Below are positions 10,660-20,183 of a stretch of DNA of 64,000 nt, piece by piece (positions within the stretch are counted from its first letter, which is position 1; each line of letters starts with the position of its first letter). The DNA is taken from contig DATMYF010000109.1 in the NCBI GenBank assembly GCA_035561075.1, positions 17,409 through 81,408 on the forward strand, in the 5' to 3' direction. The position numbers and the translations under genes are program-made. Source of the DNA: Bryobacteraceae bacterium (GTDB taxonomy: Bacteria > Acidobacteriota > Terriglobia > Bryobacterales > Bryobacteraceae). The notes beneath the pieces are model-generated. The model did not search any database. It had not been told where the DNA came from and saw nothing but the letters and a program-made list of their open reading frames with translations.

Positions 10660-12291
10660 TCACGACTGGCCTTCCTGCTCGTCCCGCGCACTCCTCTCGT
10701 CATCCGTCTGGCTGTCTTGAGATTCGGGACCCGCGTATCCTATCGTATCAGACTCCGCCGGAACCGCATCAGCATCTGCCAGCGCGGAGCCGGGTTCAAA
10801 GCGTTCTTCCGGCGATTCCGGGTCGTACAAGTCGGACGGCCCGACTCCCTCCGGCGGCGCCGCCGCATTCTCCGAGTCCAGATCCCCAACCCCAGGCTCA
10901 ACCGCCAATTCCCCGGTTTCCACACCTTCAAACTCCGCCAGGTCCTGCGCGATGTCCGCCATATCGGCCGAAGCCGGTTCTGCCGCGGGTAGCGCTTCCT
11001 CCCCGGCGGCCACCACGGCCGGCTCTTCGAACTGGTTGTAGTAGGAATTCACCGCCTGCTGGATCTGCTCCACGGTGTCCGGGCCGATCCCCTGGATCTC
11101 CTCGAGTTGCTCCGGAGTCATGGCGCCCAAGTTCTCGATGGTGCCGATGCCCGCTTCCACCAGGCCTTCCAGCACCTTCTCCCCCAACCCGTAGTCGAGC
11201 AACACGGAAACCGGCGCGCCCGGCGCCACCAGTGCAGCCATGGCGCTCTCCACTTCCTGGCGCTTCTCTTCCTCGCTCTTGATATCGATCTTCCAACCCA
11301 GCAGCTTCGCCGCCAGGCGCACGTTCTGGCCCTTCTTCCCGATCGCGAGCGAAAGCTGGGAGTCGTCCACGATCACTTCCATGTGCTTCTCGAGCGGGTC
11401 GAGAACCGTTACACGGCTGATTTTGGCCGGGCTGAGCGCGTGCGTTGCGAAAGTCACCGAATCCTCGGAGTATTCGATGATATCGATCTTCTCGCCCCGC
11501 AGTTCCCGGATGATGGACTGCACCCGCATGCCCTTCATCCCGACGCAGGCGCCCACGCTGTCCACGTCGCGATCGCGGCTCTGTACCGCGATCTTGGTCC
11601 GCTCACCGGCTTCCCGGGCGCAGCCCTTGATCACTACCGTGCTGTCGTAGATCTCCGGCACTTCCTGCTCGAACAGGCGCATCACCAGTTCCGGCGCGGC
11701 ACGCGAGACCACCACTCCCGGTCCCTTGCTCGATTTGTCCACCAGTTTAATGACGCAACGGACCCGGTCCCCCACGCTGTAGCTTTCCAGGCGCGACTGC
11801 TCTTTCTTGGGCAAGCGGGCTTCCGTTTTTCCCAAATCGAGCACATAATCGGGGCCTTCCACACGTTTGACCGTGCAGTTCACCAACTCACCCGCCCGGC
11901 CTGAATATTCCTGGTAAACGGTTTCCCGCTCGGCTTCCCGCACCTTCTGGAAAATCACCTGCTTCGCAGTCTGGGCGGAGATGCGGCCCAAGGCTTCGGT
12001 GCTCTTCTTGATCCGGACTTCGGAGCCGATTTCGGCGGCCGCATCGATCCGTTTGGCCTCGGATAAAGTCAGTTCCCGCGCCGGATCCTCTACCGCCTCC
12101 ACCACTCGCTTTACCGCGTACAACTGTAAGGCACCCGTCTTTTCGTTCAGCTCCGCGACGTAATCCTCGTTGGTACGGAAGTGCTTGCGGGCGGCGATCA
12201 GCATGGCGTCTTTGACAGCATCCATGACGATCTGCGGATCGATGCCCTTTTCCTTGCTCAGAATCTCAATGGACTGAAAAATCGTTTCCAA
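10660..12291 (-). CDS. nusA: transcription termination/antitermination factor NusA with acidic C-terminal tail
   Basis: 543 aa; NusA N-domain, S1 and two KH domains recognisable; ~120-aa Asp/Glu-rich C-terminal extension. Confidence 0.95.
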   Translation of the reverse strand: METIFQSIEILSKEKGIDPQIVMDAVKDAMLIAARKHFRTNEDYVAELNEKTGALQLYAVKRVVEAVEDPARELTLSEAKRIDAAAEIGSEVRIKKSTEALGRISAQTAKQVIFQKVREAERETVYQEYSGRAGELVNCTVKRVEGPDYVLDLGKTEARLPKKEQSRLESYSVGDRVRCVIKLVDKSSKGPGVVVSRAAPELVMRLFEQEVPEIYDSTVVIKGCAREAGERTKIAVQSRDRDVDSVGACVGMKGMRVQSIIRELRGEKIDIIEYSEDSVTFATHALSPAKISRVTVLDPLEKHMEVIVDDSQLSLAIGKKGQNVRLAAKLLGWKIDIKSEEEKRQEVESAMAALVAPGAPVSVLLDYGLGEKVLEGLVEAGIGTIENLGAMTPEQLEEIQGIGPDTVEQIQQAVNSYYNQFEEPAVVAAGEEALPAAEPASADMADIAQDLAEFEGVETGELAVEPGVGDLDSENAAAPPEGVGPSDLYDPESPEERFEPGSALADADAVPAESDTIGYAGPESQDSQTDDERSARDEQEGQS

Positions 12292-12339
12292 AGCGTTCCT
12301 CGTATCCTCTTTGTCGCTGGGCTTATTACTGCGGGCAGG

Positions 12340-12801
12340 CTACCACTCGAACTTCAGGTTGGCCTTGTCCACCTGGTCGTGGCGGAAACGGACGGTTTTC
12401 CCGCCCTCCGCTTCCAGGCTGATTACCCCGTCCTCGAAACCGGCCAGGATCCCCTCCCAGTGGCGCTGGTTATCGACTGGCTCCCGGAGGGTTACCTTAA
12501 CCTTCTTCCCTTGGAACCTCTCGAAGTCCTTTGGTTTAACTAGCTTTCGCTCCACCCCCGGGGAACTGACCTCAAGCGTGTAGTGACCCGGGATTACCTC
12601 TTCGACATCCAGGATGGTGCCCACCTGATGGGAGATCAATTCGCAATCGGCGTGGGACACGCCTGCCGGTTTATCGATGGAAATGCGCACAAGCCGCTGC
12701 TTGCCCCCCCCGAGTACCTGGACCTCGACTAATTCGATGCCCTCGGACTCCGCCACGCGCTGGGCAATTTCCTCGACTTTTTCCGAAACCGGCTGACGCA
12801 T
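12340..12801 (-). CDS. rimP: ribosome maturation factor RimP
   Basis: 153 aa; RimP family (…YTLEVSSPGVERKL…); immediately upstream of nusA. Confidence 0.9.
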   Translation of the reverse strand: MRQPVSEKVEEIAQRVAESEGIELVEVQVLGGGKQRLVRISIDKPAGVSHADCELISHQVGTILDVEEVIPGHYTLEVSSPGVERKLVKPKDFERFQGKKVKVTLREPVDNQRHWEGILAGFEDGVISLEAEGGKTVRFRHDQVDKANLKFEW

Positions 12802-12823
12802 CTGAAAACGTTAGAAAACCAAC

Positions 12824-12845
12824 AAAAAAGTGGGCTTGCGCCCAC
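12824..12845 (-). terminator. intrinsic-terminator-like hairpin + U-tract in the rimP-nusA-infB leader (candidate attenuator)
   Basis: On the minus strand: GUGGGC-GCAA-GCCCAC followed by UUUUUUGUU, ending ~23 nt before the rimP start codon. Confidence 0.55.
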
Positions 12846-12957
12846 TCATTGGTTCGACACTCCAAGCTCCATTCTAGCGCGTCTCTGGAAAAACGCAACA
12901 ACAGTGGGAAACATTGAACGGGTGTGGGCGGCGGCTCACGTGCGCTAAAATTCGGTT

Positions 12958-13296
12958 ATGCTGCACATGCTCGCGAGCTGGTTTCTCAGCGCGCTGGCCT
13001 TGTGGCTGGTAGCCCACCTTATTCCCGGCATTTACGTCGCCGGCTTTGGGACGGCCCTCATCGCCACGCTGGTGATCGCGCTGGTGAACGGCACGATCGG
13101 GCTGTTGCTCAAGGTCCTTACGCTTCCACTTACCCTACTGACGCTGGGGCTGTTTCTGCTTGTCCTGAACGCTTTGCTTCTCAAATTGTCATCCTTGTTC
13201 GTCCCCGGCTTCGGGGTGCGGGGATTCCTTTCGGCCATGCTCGGCTCGGTCGTTCTGACACTATTGACGGCCTTGCTGCGCTACTTGGCTTTCTAA
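12958..13296 (+). CDS. small 4-TM membrane protein, phage-holin-4/DUF360 (YvlD)-like
   Basis: 112 aa, almost entirely hydrophobic helices with G/L-rich segments. Confidence 0.55.
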   Translation: MLHMLASWFLSALALWLVAHLIPGIYVAGFGTALIATLVIALVNGTIGLLLKVLTLPLTLLTLGLFLLVLNALLLKLSSLFVPGFGVRGFLSAMLGSVVLTLLTALLRYLAF

Positions 13297-13326
13297 GCAC
13301 GATTTACAATGGTTTAAGAAGGTTTA

Positions 13327-14097
13327 ATGCGTACCCGGGTCTTCCGCGCTCTCGACTATAGCGGGGATGTTGCGCTCTTCGCCCTCCGGATCCTTCGCGA
13401 AGCTCTTCGCTCCCCGCGCGAAGGCGGCGAAATCCTCCGGCAGATTTTTGAGGTTGGGTATCGTTCTCTACCCCTGATTGCGGCCGCCGGCCTTGCCGTG
13501 GGGGCGGTCCTGTCGATGCACACCCGGTCATCGCTCGAGCGGTTTGGTGCCGAAGCCCTCATCCCCGCCGGCCTCGCCCTGGCGCTCATCAAAGAAACCG
13601 GACCGCTGGTGACGGGTCTGTTGCTCTCCGGCCGCGTCGGCGCCGGCATCGGGGCCGAACTGGGCGCCATGCGAGTCACCGAGCAGATCGATGCGCTCGA
13701 AAGTCTCGCCGTCGATTCCTTCAAATATCTGGTGATCACTCGTGTGGTGGCATGCATCCTGGTCTTCCCCATCCTCACCACCGTGATGAACTTCACTGGC
13801 ATCCTGGGGGGCTTTATCGCCGAAACCGTCATCAGCGGCATGTCCCTGACGCTTTACTGGGACCGCGCCTGGTCCCTGATCAGCTTCTCGGACTACATTC
13901 CGGCGACGCTCAAGACCTGCGTCTTCGGCTTCATCATCGGGACCATCTCCTCGTACCTCGGCTATAACACCACCGGTGGGACGGCCGGCGTTGGCCAGGC
14001 CTCGACGCGTAGCGTGGTCTTTGCCTCAATCCTGGTGATCACGAGCAACGTCGTCCTGGTAAAAGCCATCTTCTTCTTCTTTCCGGGGGGCGGATGA
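13327..14097 (+). CDS. mlaE: ABC transporter permease, MlaE family
   Basis: 256 aa; MlaE/YrbE-like polytopic permease (…EQIDALESLAVD…). Confidence 0.85.
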   Translation: MRTRVFRALDYSGDVALFALRILREALRSPREGGEILRQIFEVGYRSLPLIAAAGLAVGAVLSMHTRSSLERFGAEALIPAGLALALIKETGPLVTGLLLSGRVGAGIGAELGAMRVTEQIDALESLAVDSFKYLVITRVVACILVFPILTTVMNFTGILGGFIAETVISGMSLTLYWDRAWSLISFSDYIPATLKTCVFGFIIGTISSYLGYNTTGGTAGVGQASTRSVVFASILVITSNVVLVKAIFFFFPGGG

Positions 14098-14843
14098 AGG
14101 ACGCCCAAGTGGCGGTGGCTTTTGAGGGCGTCACAAAGTCGTTCGGCGCGCTGAAGGTCCTGGATGATATCTCCTTCGAGGTGTTCCGCGGGACGGCGTT
14201 CTGCCTTCTAGGCCGTAGCGGCAGCGGCAAGAGCGTCACCATCAAACAGATGATCGGGCTGCTCAAGCCGGACCGAGGCCGCATCTGGGTGGAGGGCGAA
14301 GATATCGCCGCGCTCGACTCCGCCGGCCTGGCGCGGGTCCGCAAGGAGATAGGCTTTCTGTTCCAGTACTCGGCCCTGTTCGATTCCATTTCGGTGGGCG
14401 AAAACGTGGCGTTCCCGCTGCGGCGCCATACAAACATGGGCGAGGATGAGATCCGGGACCGCGCCACAAAGAAGCTGCGGCGCGTTGGCCTTGAAGGGAT
14501 TTACGACAAGATGCCATCCGACATTTCGGGCGGCATGCGCAAGCGCGTCGGCCTGGCGCGCGCACTGGTGCTCGAACCGGCTTTACTGCTGGCCGATGAG
14601 CCAAGCAGCGGTCTGGACCCCATTACCTCGCGCGAAATTGACGAGCTGTTCCTCGACCTCAAACACACCGAGGGCACCACCATGGTCATCGTCACTCACA
14701 ACATTCCCAGCGCTCGGAGTGTCGGTGACGAATTAGCGGTTCTGCACCAGGGTCGCATTCTGGCCAGCGGGTCGCCGGCCGAACTCGATCGCAGCGAGCA
14801 CGCCGTGGTGCGCGAGTTCATGCAAATGCAGGGAGGGGTGTAG
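14094..14843 (+). CDS. mlaF: ABC transporter ATP-binding protein, MlaF family
   Basis: Walker A GRSGSGKS; ABC signature LSGGMRKRV; Walker B LLLADEP; 4-bp overlap with mlaE. Confidence 0.9.
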   Translation: MKDAQVAVAFEGVTKSFGALKVLDDISFEVFRGTAFCLLGRSGSGKSVTIKQMIGLLKPDRGRIWVEGEDIAALDSAGLARVRKEIGFLFQYSALFDSISVGENVAFPLRRHTNMGEDEIRDRATKKLRRVGLEGIYDKMPSDISGGMRKRVGLARALVLEPALLLADEPSSGLDPITSREIDELFLDLKHTEGTTMVIVTHNIPSARSVGDELAVLHQGRILASGSPAELDRSEHAVVREFMQMQGGV

Positions 14844-14845
14844 GG

Positions 14846-16291
14846 ATGTCGAAAAACCGTAAGGTTGTTGTAGGTGCGTTCGTCCTGGGCGGGGTTTTGT
14901 TATTCGCGGTAGGGCTCTTCTGGATTGGCAATCGACGCCTGCTGTTCTCAAAAAACATTACGCTCACGGCCCAGTTTCAGAACCTGAGCGGGTTGAAGGT
15001 AGGAGCTCGTGTGCTGGTGTCGGGAATGGACGCAGGGGAAGTGCTCGAAACCCGCGTGCCCGGGCGCCCCGGAGCGAAATTCCGGGTCGATTTCCGGGTT
15101 CTCGATAAATTCCAGCCGATGCTGCGCACCGATTCGATTGCCGCCATCCAGATGGAGGGCCTGGTCGGCAGCAAGGTTCTCCAGGTGGAGGGCGGCACCG
15201 AACAGGGCGCCCCGGTAAGATCCGGCAGCACCATCCAGAGCCGCGAGGCGACGGAGATTTCGGACGTCCTCGACCTGACGGTTGAAACCATTCGGAAAGC
15301 CGGCAACGCCGTCGATGAAGTGCAGGGACGTGTGGTGAATGCCGTGGACATTGTGGCGGACGTGGGCGAGCAGACGCGCAAGATCGTGGTTGACGTCGGC
15401 GCCGATATTGACGACGTCCTGGTCACTGGTAAGAAAGTCGCCACAAATGTCAACGCGGTGGTGGAAGGGGTACGGGAGGGCCGTGGAACGGCCGGTAGGT
15501 TGTTCAACGATGAGGCGCTGTACAAAGATATTCGGGGCACGGTCGGGCAGCTTCAAAACACCGCCGAGAACGCGCGGAAGACTTCCGAGGACGTCCGCGC
15601 GATCGTCGCCGACCTGCAATCCCGCAATATCGGGGAAAACACCGAGAAGACCCTCGCCAACCTGCGGGACGTCTCCGCTCGCGCCAAGGATGCCTTGGGC
15701 GGGCTGCTGCCGCCAGGCGGCCGCGGAGCCGGCGCCCCCGGTCCCATGGAGGAGATTCGCGCTACCCTCTCGAATACCCGGGAAGCTACCGCCGACCTGG
15801 CCGACAACATGGAAGCTCTCAAGCGCAACTGGTTCTTCCGCGGCTTCTTCCGCTCGCGCGGCTTCTACGACCTGAACGCCGTCAGCCTGGAGGATTACCG
15901 CGGCGGTAAGGTCGCCCCGGAGCGTGACCGCGAGCGCGCCTGGCTGCATCGCAATGAGATCTTCACCGTGGACCCGAAAGGCGGCGAAATTCTCTCCGAA
16001 GAGGGCAGGGCGGCGCTCGACAAGGCGCTGGCGCCCTACCTGCGTTATGCTCCGAACACGCCCTTGATGATCGAGGGCTATTCCGGCGAGGGCGACCAAA
16101 CGGAGCAGTTCCTGCGATCGCGCGACCGTGCGCAGTTGGTGCGAAGGTATATTTTGAATCGCTTCGGCCTGAACCCCAAGTACGTGGGGTCCATGCCGAT
16201 GGGCGGCGTTTCCGCTTCCGGGGTGGGCGCAAAACTGTGGGACGGGGTGGCGGTGGTCTACTTCCCTGAGAAGCAGAGCAGTAAGAAATAG
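14846..16291 (+). CDS. MCE/MlaD-domain protein fused to a C-terminal OmpA-like peptidoglycan-binding domain
   Basis: 481 aa; N-terminal TM and MCE domain; long helical middle; C-terminus …PLMIEGYSGEGD…LSRDRAQLVRRYILNRFGL… matches the OmpA_C consensus. Confidence 0.8.
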   Translation: MSKNRKVVVGAFVLGGVLLFAVGLFWIGNRRLLFSKNITLTAQFQNLSGLKVGARVLVSGMDAGEVLETRVPGRPGAKFRVDFRVLDKFQPMLRTDSIAAIQMEGLVGSKVLQVEGGTEQGAPVRSGSTIQSREATEISDVLDLTVETIRKAGNAVDEVQGRVVNAVDIVADVGEQTRKIVVDVGADIDDVLVTGKKVATNVNAVVEGVREGRGTAGRLFNDEALYKDIRGTVGQLQNTAENARKTSEDVRAIVADLQSRNIGENTEKTLANLRDVSARAKDALGGLLPPGGRGAGAPGPMEEIRATLSNTREATADLADNMEALKRNWFFRGFFRSRGFYDLNAVSLEDYRGGKVAPERDRERAWLHRNEIFTVDPKGGEILSEEGRAALDKALAPYLRYAPNTPLMIEGYSGEGDQTEQFLRSRDRAQLVRRYILNRFGLNPKYVGSMPMGGVSASGVGAKLWDGVAVVYFPEKQSSKK

Positions 16292-16298
16292 GGGATTC

Positions 16299-17381
16299 AT
16301 GCGGCCTGGCGGCCTGGTGCTTCGAATAGTCGTATGCCTGGCGGCGTTGCCCGTCGCGGCGCAGCAGGGCGGCGGCTTCGCGCCCATTCTCGGCGGGCTT
16401 CCCCCGAGTTCTGGGATCGCGGGCGGGGTTGAATATCGCCACCCGTCCCTGGCGCGCGGCGCGGCGAGCCTGAATGTACGGGCCATCGGTTCCGTCAACC
16501 TCTACGAACACCTGGATGTGCGGCTGGGGTTGCCTCCACTCGAATCGCGTCACTTATTTGCGGAGCTGCGGCTCCGGTACCGCAACTATCCCGAGGAGGG
16601 TTTCTGGGGCCTCGGTCCGGACTCCCGCAAGGACGACCGCACCAGCTTCCGCAAGGAAGACGTGGACTATAGTGGCGCCTTTGGTGTCCACCCGGTGCCG
16701 TGGCTGCGGGCCGGCGCCATCGTGGGATTCCTGAACGTCAATACCGGCCCTGGCAAGGACACGCCGGAGCCTTCAACCGAAGAACTCTTTCTGCCCGGTG
16801 ATGTCCCGGCGCTCGACAGGCAGCCGCACTTCCGCCACACAGGCGGATTCGCCGAAGTGGATTACCGGAAGGGACCGGCAGGCGCCGTCCGGGGTGGGTT
16901 TTACACGGTCAACTGGACCAGCTATCACGACCGCACCCTGGGCCGCTACGATTTCCGCCGCTGGGACATCGATGTGCGGCAGTTCCTGCCCTCGTTTCAG
17001 CCCACCGCTACGGTGGCCGCGCGTTTCAGCGCCGCCTTCACGGAGAAAGATCCCGGCCGGCAGGTGCCTTTCTTCCTTCAGCCGACCGTGGGGGGCGGCA
17101 TCGACCTGCGCGGCTACCGGCAATACCGCTTCCGTGACCAGAACAGCGCGGCCATGAACCTCGAGTATCGCTGGCGCGCAAACGAGTACCTGGAGGCCGT
17201 AGCCTTTACGGACGCCGGCCGGGTATTCGCCAACCCGGGTGATTTCGGCATCCACGGTGTGCGCACCTCCGTCGGGGTAGGGGGCCGGCTGCGCATAACT
17301 GAACGGCTACTGGTCGGCCTCGACGTGGGCTGGAGCCGCGAAGGCCTGTGCTTCTGGTTCCGCGGCTCGGAGATGTTTTAG
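16299..17381 (+). CDS. outer-membrane beta-barrel protein (signal peptide, C-terminal aromatic residue)
   Basis: 360 aa; signal peptide; alternating amphipathic beta-strand pattern rich in Y/R/G; ends …WFRGSEMF. Confidence 0.6.
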   Translation: MRPGGLVLRIVVCLAALPVAAQQGGGFAPILGGLPPSSGIAGGVEYRHPSLARGAASLNVRAIGSVNLYEHLDVRLGLPPLESRHLFAELRLRYRNYPEEGFWGLGPDSRKDDRTSFRKEDVDYSGAFGVHPVPWLRAGAIVGFLNVNTGPGKDTPEPSTEELFLPGDVPALDRQPHFRHTGGFAEVDYRKGPAGAVRGGFYTVNWTSYHDRTLGRYDFRRWDIDVRQFLPSFQPTATVAARFSAAFTEKDPGRQVPFFLQPTVGGGIDLRGYRQYRFRDQNSAAMNLEYRWRANEYLEAVAFTDAGRVFANPGDFGIHGVRTSVGVGGRLRITERLLVGLDVGWSREGLCFWFRGSEMF

Positions 17382-17388
17382 TCGGGGC

Positions 17389-18651
17389 TCAATCCCATCC
17401 GAAGATAGAGTAGTAAGGTACCTTGATAGTCCCTTCGTATCTCAGGTTGAAGATTACGGAGTAATTGGTCGGGCGCGCGTGTATCCACTCACGACGGAAC
17501 TCCTGCAGGTTGATCTGGCCGTAGAATCCACCGAAGGCCTTGACGTCGTCCGGCCTGGTTTCCTGGAAGGTCGCGCCGTACTCGGCACAGCGCCGAATGA
17601 AGGTCTCCACACGTTCGCGGTCCATCTCCAGGCCTTTCTCGGCAGCCAGTTCGAGTGCATCGAGCGCCGTCAAACCGCTGACGTAGAGCCCGGCCGTATT
17701 TCCGGGCACCAGGGAGCCGTTCTCCCGCTGGATGCCCATCAGGTAATCCAGGCGCCTTGCGGCGACATCCCAGTAACGCTTGTCACCCGTCTCGCGATAG
17801 GCGGCCAGCAGTGTGAGGCTGGCGAAGTCGTCATTGTTGGCTTTCGTTTGGGAGAGCCCTCCGGTCGAATAGAACGTCGTAATGTTATTCTCCCGACCGA
17901 CATTCGCCAACAAGCCTTCGGCCAATGGGATGACGCCTTTGTCGAAGTAAATCCGCTTTCCGGTTACCTTGTAAAGATGATAGAAGAATAGCCCGCTGCC
18001 TGCCTGAAAGGGCGCCGTCCTCCGATCGGAAGTGTCGGCTGGGGTGCCATCCAGGGGTACGGACCAGTATGGCCAGTTTGTCGATGGATTGATTGCGTTC
18101 TTTAGAAACCAGTTCGCGAAGAGTCCGGCACGCTCCAGATAATCCTTTTCTCCGGTTACACGATACAAAGCCAGGTAACCGCCAAGCGCACCGGTGGCGC
18201 CGTCACGCGGAAAGATGAAATCGCTGAGCTGGTCCATCTCCCGGAGAGCTCCGTAAGTGAGCCCGTTCCGGGAGTCAAGAATTTGGAGGCTCTTAAGATA
18301 CCGGGATGCCCGCTTCATGGCGTCCTTGTATCTTGGGGAGCCAAAGCGCTGGTCGAGCAAGGAGAGTGCCATGATCCCGGTTCCCGTTGTCCAGCAGACG
18401 CTCCCGCGCCAGGTGCCTTCCTTCGGCTTGTACTCGTACAACCACCTCCCATAATCACCATTGAACGGCTGGTTGCCGAGGGTGCGCTTTTCCTGGTTGT
18501 TCACCAGCCAGTCGCCCGCCAGCGCGGCGGAGTAGAGCAGTTGAGCCTGAAGCTGGCTGGGGATTGGGCGCGAACGAGCCGGTAGTGGTCCTGCCTGCGC
18601 AGCCAGAACGAACGACAACGCGATGGATGAGAGTGGCATCAAGTGTGGCAT
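17389..18651 (-). CDS. secreted alpha/alpha-toroid repeat protein (LanC/terpenoid-cyclase/glycoside-hydrolase-like fold)
   Basis: Repeated ~60-aa units with Gly-rich turns and aromatic residues (…GSGLFFYHLYKVTG…, …GALGGYLALYRVTGEKDYL…); signal peptide if the start is at MPHLMPLSS. The ORF extends to 18741. Confidence 0.45.
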   Translation of the reverse strand: MPHLMPLSSIALSFVLAAQAGPLPARSRPIPSQLQAQLLYSAALAGDWLVNNQEKRTLGNQPFNGDYGRWLYEYKPKEGTWRGSVCWTTGTGIMALSLLDQRFGSPRYKDAMKRASRYLKSLQILDSRNGLTYGALREMDQLSDFIFPRDGATGALGGYLALYRVTGEKDYLERAGLFANWFLKNAINPSTNWPYWSVPLDGTPADTSDRRTAPFQAGSGLFFYHLYKVTGKRIYFDKGVIPLAEGLLANVGRENNITTFYSTGGLSQTKANNDDFASLTLLAAYRETGDKRYWDVAARRLDYLMGIQRENGSLVPGNTAGLYVSGLTALDALELAAEKGLEMDRERVETFIRRCAEYGATFQETRPDDVKAFGGFYGQINLQEFRREWIHARPTNYSVIFNLRYEGTIKVPYYSIFGWD

Positions 18652-18755
18652 AGCTTCGGTGGTCCCGGCATCGTTATAGCGGGCCCTATCCGGTGTGTCA
18701 ACTGGGAGCATCCTCGGCGGCGGGTGGCGCATCCAGAGCACTGGAGGGATTCACC

Positions 18756-19061
18756 ATGAAGACATTCGCCCTATTTGTACTCGGGCTCACGTTTCTGGCC
18801 GGGGGCGCCCTGGCCGAGGAGTTCAAAGGCTATATCGCGGATTCGCACTGCGCCAAAGAGGCCAAAGCCATGAGCGCGGACCACGCCGGTTGTGCGAAGG
18901 CCTGCATCAAAAAAGGCGCGCAGGCCGTGCTCGCAACCGAGGATGGGAAGGTCTACAAGCTCTCCGACCAGGCCAAAGCAGTCAAGCACGCCGGAGAGAA
19001 GGTAACCGTAACGGGCAAGCTGGAGGGCGATACCATCCAGGTCGAAAACATCAAAATGTAG
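18756..19061 (+). CDS. small secreted Cys-containing protein, unknown function
   Basis: 101 aa; signal peptide MKTFALFVLGLTFLAGGALA; C-x13-C-x3-C pattern. Confidence 0.5.
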   Translation: MKTFALFVLGLTFLAGGALAEEFKGYIADSHCAKEAKAMSADHAGCAKACIKKGAQAVLATEDGKVYKLSDQAKAVKHAGEKVTVTGKLEGDTIQVENIKM

Positions 19062-19079
19062 CGTCCCGGGGGAGCGGCG

Positions 19080-20174
19080 CTACTGCAATTTGCCTCTCCC
19101 CTCCACCTTCCACACCCGCTCCACCTGGTCGCCGCGGATGCCGTACATTTGCTCGTGCAGGTTCACGGCAGCGCAAATGTGGATGGGGATCATGTGCACC
19201 CGGTCCCCGACGGCAAATTGTGCCTTCACGCGGCTGATATCGACGTAGCCGTGCTCTTCATTCATATTGTGGAAGTTAGCCTCGGGCGCCTCCACCAGAT
19301 GCCCGAAGGAATGCTCGCCTTTCACCACGCACCGGTCCGATGAGAAGGTTTTGCTTCCACCGTCTACGATCATTTGCCCTTTGCGCGCCGTCGAAACCAC
19401 CGTCACCAGCATCGAGGCGGCGCAGTCTTCCATGCCGCAACCGCCCGACCGCACCGTGTTGATGTCGTTGTAGACGTAGGTGCCGGGGCGGATCTCGTTC
19501 AGACCGGGGAACTCGTGGGAGTGATAGAGCGCCGGCGTGGACCCACCGCTCATGACCTTCACCACCAACCCGGCGCGCTCAACGTCGTCGACCATCTGCC
19601 GGATCACGCGGCGCAGTTCGGCCATCTGGGCCAAGCCCGCCTCGCCGTTATCTTTGATATGCCCGGGGTAGCAGGTGATGCCCTCGAAGCTCAGGCCGGG
19701 CAGCCCCGCGACGCATTTGGCCAGTTGCACCAGTTCCTCGCCCGGCACGACGCCCACGCGATTGAGCCCGACGTCGGCCTCGGTCAGCACCCCCACTTCC
19801 ACTTGCGCGGCGCGGGCGGCATCGGATAGCTGTTGCGCGGCGGCGACGCTGTCGAGCGCCACCGTAACCCTTGTCTTCCGCGCCACCGCCATCAGGCGTT
19901 CCAGCTTGCCGCGCCCGATCACCGGGTAGTGCAGCAGCATGTCCGGGGTGCCGGAAGCGAGCATCACCTCGGCCTCCCCCACTTTCGCGACGGTCAGGCC
20001 GGCTGCGCCGAGATCGAGCTGCATGCGCCCAATCAGCGGACTCTTATGGGTCTTCGTGTGGGGCCGCAGCCGCAGGTCGTGCGACCGGCAGTAATCGGCC
20101 GCGCGGCGCAGGTTGCGCTCCATCACGTCCAGGTCTACCAGCAGAGCCGGAGTCTCGATTTCGGAAACGTGCAT
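19080..20174 (-). CDS. D-serine dehydratase-like / alanine-racemase-N-domain PLP enzyme (D-threonine aldolase family)
   Basis: 364 aa; N-terminal alanine-racemase-like TIM barrel (…LRPHTKTHKSP…) and C-terminal D-serine dehydratase-like beta domain. Confidence 0.75.
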   Translation of the reverse strand: MHVSEIETPALLVDLDVMERNLRRAADYCRSHDLRLRPHTKTHKSPLIGRMQLDLGAAGLTVAKVGEAEVMLASGTPDMLLHYPVIGRGKLERLMAVARKTRVTVALDSVAAAQQLSDAARAAQVEVGVLTEADVGLNRVGVVPGEELVQLAKCVAGLPGLSFEGITCYPGHIKDNGEAGLAQMAELRRVIRQMVDDVERAGLVVKVMSGGSTPALYHSHEFPGLNEIRPGTYVYNDINTVRSGGCGMEDCAASMLVTVVSTARKGQMIVDGGSKTFSSDRCVVKGEHSFGHLVEAPEANFHNMNEEHGYVDISRVKAQFAVGDRVHMIPIHICAAVNLHEQMYGIRGDQVERVWKVEGRGKLQ

Positions 20175-20183
20175 ACCCTATTC

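Noticed and set aside
11107-11904. 265-aa + strand ORF
   Set aside because: Antisense to nusA, whose S1/KH domains are clearly recognisable; no motifs in the antisense frame.
14948-16498. 516-aa minus-strand ORF
   Set aside because: Antisense to the MlaD-OmpA gene and the following OMP; composition is Arg/Ala/Gly-rich and run-on.
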